64,000 nt of DNA from the human T2T-CHM13v2.0 reference genome, Homo sapiens: NCBI RefSeq assembly GCF_009914755.1, contig NC_060948.1; one strand, 5' to 3'. Both the position numbers and the translations under genes were made by a program. Below the pieces are notes generated by a model that searched no databases, was not told where the DNA came from, and saw only the letters and a list, made by a program, of their open reading frames with translations. This document shows positions 49,834-64,000 of this stretch, piece by piece. Within the stretch, counting starts at the first letter, position 1, and each line of letters opens with the position of its first letter.

Positions 49834-52640
49834 TGTAGCAGGACAAACCACAGACAAGCACCCCTCAGACATCAACTTGTGGAAGGAAAGGCCTTTATTC
49901 AGCTGGGAGCATTGGCAAACTCACATCTCCAAAAACCAAGCTCCCCAAGTGAGCAATTTGTGTCCCTTTTAAGGGCTTACAACTCTAAGGGACTCTGCAT
50001 GAGAAAGTTATGATCTATTGAGCAAGCATGGGGTATGTGACTGGGATCTGCATGCACCAGCAATGAGAACAGAACAGTACAGGACAGGGATTTTCACGGT
50101 ACTTTTCCATACAATGTCTGGAATCTATAGATAATATAACCGATAAGGTCGGGGGTCAATCTTTAACTACCAGGTCTGGAATGCAGTGTTAGGCTGCCTG
50201 ACTAGTGATTTCATTTCTGTCTTTTCTTTAACTGCTACTTTTCCTTTGAGGCAGAAATTTAGTCATAAAACAATATGAGAGGTGGTCTCCTCCCTTGTTC
50301 CCCCACTTTGAAACCTCACTCATTAGTGGGAGTTCTCACTTTCATCCTCACTACTCATGTCTTCTTGCAAGACAGATCGATAGTGATTCATATGGTACAC
50401 TTGTGCTGACACATTTTGGTGAACTTGGGTAGTGATGAAGCTTTTTATCCTTTGAAGAAGTACAGGTAGCAAACAAGGGAGTAGTAAGCAGGTTCCTATT
50501 ACTATTATAACTCCTATTATAAGAGTTTTAAATCCTCCTAGCACTGGGAACCATTTTCCAAACATGGCCCCAGGATCAAATCCATGCCACACTTGCATGG
50601 GCACATGTGCCAGTTTTGTCATATCTCTAACAATGTCTTTAACTACTTCCCCTTGATCATCTATGTGTAGACAGCAATTACTAAGGTTAAATTTCCCACA
50701 GACCTCCCCTTCAGCTGCTAGCAAGTAGTCAAGAGCCAATCTATTTTGATAGATAGCATTTCTCTTCTGAGTTTCTTGCCAGGCCACAATAGTCAAGGCT
50801 CTGCGGTTTTATTAGTGATGATTTCTAAGACAGCTTGTAACCCTATGATTCGGTTGAGCATGTAAATGGGGCTCCAGTATCCCCATAAGCCGTCTTGCGC
50901 CTAAGTAGCAGGCTCATAATAGTGTATGATTCTCTGAGGGGGCCATTCATCATCTTTCCAATTTCCTACAGCCATGCTTCTCTTTTCATGAGAAGCATAT
51001 ACAGGGAAGCCCAGGAGTTCACCTGTTTTTATGGGCAGTAGGAAGAAAGATGGTTTAATAGTGCCAATAACACAACTACCTGCCCGTTGGTCGGGTAATT
51101 TGGCATAAGCTATATGCCCACATATCCAGTATAATCCATTGGGGGCTGTCCAGTCCCGGTGGGACTCCAGGTGGGTCCACACAGTTTGCAACTTTGGAAA
51201 TTTATTAAACAGATTCCTCTCTGTGTGATTTGAACTTCACCAAGTGACAATTTTGGGGTATCATTATACAGTTTCTGTCCCAGACAACTAAGTCATCCTA
51301 CAGGGTGAGAGAATTATTTTTCTTCTCCAGTATGGATTATTGTCCAATAATATAGGCTTTTAGGACCCAGAAATTATCACGGTGATTCTTTTGAGCCAGC
51401 AATTCATCAGTAACTGGGTCTATATTATCGAATTTCTCATGGCCATTGATCTCCCATCACAGTTCCTCCACATACATAACACGAAGTGACATTGAGAGAC
51501 TGGGCTACATGCTCGGCTAATTGCAAAAATAAATTTCTTGTTTTTCCTGGAATTTCTGGTACTGGCACATTCATCATAGAAAGTTTGAAACACTGGCTCA
51601 GGATAGGGTTTAAAAGGAACATGTTCCTTTTAAAGTTCCTAGGCATTCATAGTAACTATAGAACAGAAAGATTGTTTTAACTTGCTGCCCTACCTTGGTA
51701 ACCTGATATATACACTGAGAGCAGTCCTCCATGCGGGGAAAATCAGTGGAAGTTTTTACTATACAAGTCCAAATTATAAGGAAAATGAGTCCCATGATGA
51801 TCCTCCTCATGCTTCAGCCACGTAGACCAGTCAGCTTCTGGGTGTGACTGGAACAGGGCTTGTCGTCCTCCTCAGAGTCACTTTGCAGGGGTTGTCCGGG
51901 CTCGGTTTTGCCTCCCAGGTTTCATTGGCTGCAGGTTTCACACGGCTGTGGTGGATCCAGGCTGGGATTCCTTCTACCTTTACAGCCGTGGGGGTGGTCA
52001 GGATGATGGTCTGAGGTCCTTTCCACCGTGGCCCCAAAGGGGCTACGTTCCAGTCCTTGATCCACATGCGATCACTTGGAGAGAAAGGGTGAACTGGAGA
52101 GAATAAGCTGATGGGACACCTCTCATTTGCCCAAGTTGAGATTGTCTGTGTAATTTTTCCCAATGCCTGTAGCTGTCAGTGTAATTCAATTCCACCTAAC
52201 TCTCAGGGAGTGCCTGGAAGTCCCCACAGTATAGGAGGAGGCCTATGATACAGTATTTCATAAGGGCAGTATCCTGTTTTCTTAGAAGGCATGAGTCTTA
52301 TTTTAAACAATGCCATAGGAAGGGCATGTATCCACCTTAATCCTGTTTCCTTAATTTTTCCAAATGTATGAGCCACTGCAAGACATACTTAGAATAAGTA
52401 TAGATAGTTCCTTCCTGGTTTTGTATGTACTTCAAAACTTGGCTGAGTGCAAACAGCTCACATGTTTGACCAGACCAATTATTAGGCAATTTTCCTGACT
52501 CTATTATTATAAGAGTTTCTCTGTCAATTTACTGAATACCCATTGTGTCTTTTTCCCTCAATCACCCAGGAGGAACTATCTATAAATAAGTGTCATCCCA
52601 TCCTGAAGGGAGTTTTCTCCTAGGTCTGGTCAGACCTTTA
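49834..52640 (-). mobile_element. Harlequin/HERV-E-type 3' half: LTR2 (49834-50297), env and integrase C-terminus
   Basis: LTR2 ends (AAGGGAGGAGACCAC...CCTGCTACA) and a PPT. Env MRRIIMGLIFLIIW..., [14 protein letters not shown]; IN WKGPQTIILTTPTAVKVEGIPAWIH. No 5' LTR2; right boundary approximate. Confidence 0.85.
50323..51810 (-). pseudogene. Defective HERV-E/ERV3-class env
   Basis: Signal peptide at 51810, internal SU deletion and frameshifts; the TM portion is open for 157 codons but lacks its own ATG. Confidence 0.87.
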
Positions 52641-53289
52641 TATGGTAATTATTTAAGGATATGATGACTTCAACCAATTCAAGCTCAATTTTCCATTTAC
52701 TTTTGCTAATTAAATGACTTTTTCTAATATTTGACTGAATAAATTTGGAGACTTCGTAAGACTTTGGGTAAGACTGTCTATCAGTTTTACTGTTTTTGAC
52801 TGCAGTGAGGTCTTGTCTCTCAAAGGCAAATAACTCTTGTCTGTCTTCTGCTAACAGAAAAGCCCAGAAGGCATCTTTTAAATCTATTACTGTAAACCAC
52901 TGGTGACTGTATGGGAAAAACAGGGTGGGTAGTTTGGACTATCTGATTAATAATAGCTCTAAGGTCTTGCACTAACCATCTTGCTTCTTTACAGGGAGTA
53001 TTGGAGTCTTATAGGGAGACTTACAGGGCTTAAGAAGCCCATCACAGAGAAGACCTTCAATTATCAATTGCAGGTTTTAAATTTACCCTGGCTTTTAAAG
53101 GAATGGGGTACATTGCTTTCTTGTTCTACTTTCCCAGGGGTGTTTAACTTTTTTAATTTAGCAGGAATTGGAGGAATCTGTAAATTTCCTCGATTCCCAT
53201 CTTTTGTTATGGTGGTGAGAAAGTTTAGGAGATGGAGGAATTTTCTAAGATTGATTTAGAGGCCTAGGCCTAAGTGTAACATTAACTCC

Positions 53290-53782
53290 TGTTATATATA
53301 AAGTTTCAGTGCCACAAAAGAAATAGCAGTCGAATATAAAATTTTCTTTTAAATTCTCAGCAAGGCAAGTTACTTTTATAGAAGTTTGTCCATTACAGAT
53401 GGAATAATGGTGAGTGCATACCTGGACAAGGGAAGGGAAGGGGTTCTTATTCCTGATGCAAGTGGCCCCTGCTGCTGTGTTGTACCCCTATTGGCTAGGG
53501 TTAGATTGCACAGGCTAAACTAATTCTGATTGGCTAATTTAAAGAGAATGATGGGGTGAGTGCCTGGTGGGAGTCAGGGCAGAGCAGGTAGCAGGTAATT
53601 GGAATGAGTTAGGGTGGAGCAGGTGATTGGAATGTAGGGTGGAACAGGTGATAGAAGGAGTCAGGGTGGAGTAAGTAATCGAAAAAGCTTGCTTTATGAG
53701 GAAGTTTAAAAGTAGAAGGCAAAGAATTGAACATACTGACATATTAATTCTTTGAAAAGAAATTTAGAACTCATATCTAACA
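53290..53782 (-). mobile_element. LTR10F-like solo LTR inserted in the pro/pol region
   Basis: Minus strand TGTTAGATATGAGTTCTAAATTTC...TATATAACA interrupts LLGRD|LML; near-TSD GGAT/GGAG. Confidence 0.83.
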
Positions 53783-54982
53783 ATCCCTTCCTAATAGATT
53801 TGTACCTGCTTCCAGAATTAAAAGAAATTTAATATTAGCTGATGTGCTTTTATATATGACTTTTGTTCTTTTTCCCATTTGGGACATTCTCTTTTGAAGT
53901 GACCTATTTTTAATTTGAAGCATTTGTTTTGTCCTCTTTCTCTCCCTTTGCCTCTCCCTCTCTCTTTGCCTCTCTGTATCTCTCTCTCTCTCTTTCTCTG
54001 CCTCTCTGTCTCTCTCTTTCTTTCGCTCTCTGACTCTCTCTTTCACTCTCTGACTCTCTCTTTCTCTCTCTCTCACATATACATTTTGGGCTTCTCTTAG
54101 AAGCTCTTCTATAGGTTTATCTTTCTAGTTCTCTATATTTTGTAATTTCTTGTTAATATCTGGCCAGCTGTTAGTGACAAAATGAAATTTTAACATTCCC
54201 TGCCCAGGAGGATCCTCAAGACCAGCATATTTTCTCAATTGTTTCTTTAATCTGTCTAACAATTCTATAGGCCTTTCGTCTTTGTCTTGCTGTATATCAA
54301 ATATTTGGGTAAGATTCTGGGTTCGGGGTACTGATCTTTTAATCCCCTTTATTATCAATTCCTTAATGTCCTGCACATTTTCTTGGTGAGCTGCATTGTT
54401 ATTGTCTCCCCAGTATATGGAGTTCACTATATTTAACAAGACTAACCTAATATTAGTTTTCCAGAGCTTATATACCTTCCAACCTATATGACATGTAAGT
54501 GTGCATTTATCTAATGATGTAAGTGATTAACTTCTTTTAATCTATAACTAAGGTCTGAGTCCTGAGGACCTTCCTCTGGAGCCTCAGTAAATTGACTTAA
54601 TCTAATGGGTCCAGGTGCCAGGGTGATTACCCATATGTTGTCTCCTGCTAAGTCACAGAGGTTTAGGGAGTTCCTTCAAACCCCCAATAAACGTGTTAGT
54701 GGAGGCCTGGGGAGTTTTTGCAGACCCCCAATAAAACTTGTTTAATCCTAAATGGGTCCTGTTAAGAATTCCTTCATTATTTTGTCACGCTTTAAGGCCC
54801 GGGAAAGTCCTGGAAAAAAACTCCTGGTGGGCTTTTTTTACATTCCAGCCTTTGTATAAGGGCACTGGCTTTTAATATTTAACCACTCAGTCTATACTGA
54901 ATCAGGTGTTGTAGGGGCCTGTGTTAGTGAGAACTGGCCTGCCACACTTCCACTCTGTTTCCAAGTGCTCTCACTCATGCAC

Positions 54983-55451
54983 TGTGAAAGGAACATAAAT
55001 CTTGGGGCCCCCAAGTCAGTAAGTTAAAGGGAAATGTCAAGCTGGGGACTGCTTAGGGCCAACCTGCCCCCCATTCTGTTCAAAGTTATCCCACTCCTCA
55101 CTGAGATAGATGCATATCTGATTGCCTTCTTTGGAAAGGGTAATCAGAAACTCAAAAGAATGCAACTGTTTGCTGTCACCTATCTATGACCTGAAAGCCC
55201 CCTCCCTGCTTGGAGTCTTCCTGTCTTTGCTTCAAGCTGTACTGCCTTTCCAGACCTAACCAATGTACTTCTTACATATATTGATTGATATCTCATGTCT
55301 CCCTAAAATGTATAAAACTAAGCTGGGCCCCAACCACCTTGGGCACATGTTGTCAGGACCTTTTGAGTCTATGTCACAGGTGCATCCTCAACTTTGGCAA
55401 AATAAACTTTCTAAATTAACTGAGACCTGCCTCAGATTTTCTGTGTTCATA
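54983..55451 (+). mobile_element. MER4A-type solo LTR
   Basis: tgtgaaaggaacataaatcttgggg...ttggcaaaataaactttctaaatt. Confidence 0.8.
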
Positions 55452-55633
55452 AAACTGATTATCTTCCTGCCCTCTGAAGCACTATGAGCTTAAATTAATA
55501 AAGATTAGATTTTGGCCTGGCACGGTGGCTCACATCTGTAATCTCAGCACTTTGCAAGGCTGAAGAGGGCGGATCACCTGAGGTTGGGAGTTAGAGACCA
55601 GCCTGACCAACATGGAGAAACCCCATCTCTACT

Positions 55634-56414
<781 letters not shown>

Positions 56415-56611
56415 TCAATTAAAAAAAAAGAAGCAGTGAAAACACCCAAAAAGAAAGAAATTGTAGTTTACTTGCAAGTATTTTCTCTTTTCAAAATAGT
56501 AACTCCTAGCTCACCAACCTCTTTCCTAGAAAAAGTAAGGTAAACACTAAACACTACTCAATAGTAGGTGGGTGCCTCTCTATGTAATTTTTTAAAAAAA
56601 CTTCTACTACA

Positions 56612-62180
<5,569 letters not shown>

Positions 62181-62342
62181 CATTTGCCTTATACCACATT
62201 TTGCTTTCAATATCTGCTATCTGGTACAGTTGTTGCATCTCCTTCATACACCCTACAGTTCTGTAAAACTTCCTCAACCATCCCTCCATAAGCATCAGTT
62301 CAAGGACATTGCCTCAGTTTTCCCAGCCAAAGAGTCACTCAC

Positions 62343-62366
62343 CTGAGTTTGGCTTCTTGGTGGGTT
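62343..62366 (-). pseudogene. XGY1: XG exon 3-like (24 nt, EPTKKPNS)
   Basis: Minus strand reads ttcacag|AACCCACCAAGAAGCCAAACTCAG|gtgagt; canonical splice sites. Confidence 0.93.
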
Positions 62367-63184
62367 CTGTGAACAAAGAGAGAAAATAAATGCAATATGC
62401 ATTGAAGTGTCACTGGAAGCACAAACAAAGGCCATAAATGCCCTGATGAAAGATGAAAAGGGAGTGACAAAGCAATACAAAGTAAATAATATGGACACAA
62501 ATTCCATGTTGAATTCAGAAAAAAAGCAAGAAAACACCCTTAAAATTCATTAAAAAACAATCAATCCACCCTTGAGGCTATGAGGATGCCCACAGGATGG
62601 CTGAAGTAGCTGAGAACATCCAATACAGGTAAGTGAGCCACCTGCCCATAGAGCCACCATAGAGCTGGACGGTGGAGGGCGGGGCAGGGGGAAGGCAAAA
62701 GAAAAGATGGAGAAAGACTTGCAGCTTCCAGAATGATGGCTTTTCTCACTTTCTTTCATTCATTCATTTATTCATTCAGCAAATATGTATGCATGGATGT
62801 GGATATCAGGTCAGGAGTGCTCACAGTGCAGCCTGTGACTGCCCTGCTCAATGAACCTGGGTTTGCAGTGTGGATGGGCAGACAAGGGCAGGAGGAGGTT
62901 TGAGGAAGATGGCTCACAGGAGGCAGAGTCAGCCATAGCTGGGAAAATTGGAGCTTCAGGGCTGTGCAGGCCAGACTTCTTCCAAACAGAGGAAACAGTG
63001 TATTTGAAAGCATGGTTTACATAACAGCCTAGCATTGCCTTGATAGGAGGCAGCTAGAACATAGGGGTGTGTGTGTGGTGGGGAAATTCACTGGGAGTGC
63101 AGAGACTGCAAAAAGGAGAGCTTGAAGCTCCAAATGCAGCATATGGTTTCACATGTCCTGTATTTTAATTGAAGGTTTCCCATA

Positions 63185-63730
63185 TCCTTTTCTCCCTATT
63201 GCCACCTCCCTCTCCCTCCCTGCCCTCCCTACTTCCTTCCTCCTCTCCTTCCTTCCTTCTCTCCTTTCTTCCTTCCTCCCCTCTTTCCTTTTGCTCCTTC
63301 TTCTTGCCTTCTTCCACACCTTCCTTTCTTCTTTCCTCCCTGTTCTCAATCCTTTCTTCTCTTCCTCTCTCCTTCCTTCCCTCCTTCCTCACCTTATTCT
63401 TTCCTTCGTTTCTTTCTTCCTCCTTTCTTCCCCAACTTTCTGTCTTTCCTTCCTTCCCTCCTTTCTTTCTTTCCTCCTTGCTTCCTACTCTTCTTCCTTC
63501 CTTCCCTCCCTCAGTCTTTCCTTATCTCCTCTCCTTTCTTCTTCCTTCCATCCATCCTTCCCTGTCTCTTTCCTTTTCTTCTCTTCTTCCTTCTCTCCTA
63601 TTTTCCTGCCTCACTTCCTCTTTTCTCCCTCCTTTCTTTGTTTTCTTCTTTTTTGCTTCTCTTCCTTTTCCCTTTCTCCCTCGTCCTACCCTCCCTCCCT
63701 CTCTCCCGTCTTTCCTTTCTCTGTCTGCTT
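63185..63730. repeat. Polypyrimidine (CTTC/CT)n tract
   Basis: About 540 bp almost purely C/T on the + strand. Confidence 0.93.
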
Positions 63731-64000
63731 TTTAAAATGTAAAATTATAACGATTTTTTAAAATAGTGATACACTCACAGAGTTTCTTAAAGCCCAGGCA
63801 GTATAGACAGTGAAAAGTGAATTCCCCACAGTCGCCATGCAGGTGACTGTGGTTCCTATGCACTGGGGCTTCCTTCCCATAAGGAAGGGCTGTCTATGAA
63901 CAGGCACATGCCTGCCCATTCATGGGAGGCTCTTGGTAGCAAAACGATGCTTTCAAAGATGTGTTTGCAGGCACTGGCAGTCCTCTAGGTGAGCAATGAA

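Larger units (their letters stand above)
46626..54438 (-). mobile_element. Deleted HERV-I/HERVIP10-like provirus (3' LTR10 at 46626-47192; env, IN, RT, pro and gag remnants; 20-bp 5' LTR stub)
   Basis: Exact TSD agac (46622-25 / 54439-42); LTR start gagttcactatatttaaca at both 47192 and 54438. Env TM WENRIGLDMILAESGGVC; IN HPPSSGRVERLNQTLK; pro NLLGRD; gag CA/MHR DIQQDKDERPIELLDRLK. Confidence 0.85.
46492..54946 (-). mobile_element. PABL-type solo LTR split into 46492-46625 and 54439-54946 by a provirus
   Basis: Minus strand starts TGTGGCAGGCCAGTTCTCACTAAC and ends GGTCCAGGAATA. The halves join seamlessly when compared with the copy at 5464-5776; near-TSD ctta/cttc. PABL name from recall. 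Confidence 0.75.

Noticed and set aside
50323-50796. Intact env TM as a domesticated (syncytin-like) gene
   Set aside because: Non-ATG start, upstream frameshifts, an SU deletion and no intact link to the signal peptide.
63149-63761. Hydrophobic 188-202 aa ORFs
   Set aside because: A polypyrimidine tract lacks stop codons by composition.

Overview
Repeat-dense hominoid (probably human) genomic DNA with no intact protein-coding gene. The backbone is an unprocessed minus-strand paralogue of XG (Xg blood-group glycoprotein, CD99 family). Short phase-1 exons matching XG exons 3 to last, plus the 45-nt alternative exon, lie between 62366 and about 12850. They carry a frameshifting 5-nt deletion (exon 5), an Alu-junction deletion of most of exon 6, a dead splice donor and a 1-nt insertion in the transmembrane exon. 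This fits the Y-linked pseudogene XGY1/XGPY; the assignment is recalled from the XG protein sequence, not from a search. The introns are filled with nested retroelements. A PABL-type LTR just upstream of exon 4 (the paralogous position of the PAR1 boundary) is split by a deleted HERV-I/LTR10 provirus, which itself contains a solo LTR10F and a Harlequin/HERV-E 3' half. Also present: an Alu>LTR7>LTR5 nest, a full-length SVA, three LTR8 copies, MER4/LTR6/LTR9-type solo LTRs, many Alus, DNA-transposon fossils and a U13 retrocopy. The most notable observations are a stop-free exon-skipping path (3-4-7-8-9) through the pseudogene, the PAB paralogue, and a decayed hAT-transposase-containing, exon-like block on the + strand at 7-9 kb. 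I see no prokaryotic-type novel system. Repeat subfamily names are from memory of consensus sequences and need RepeatMasker/Dfam confirmation.
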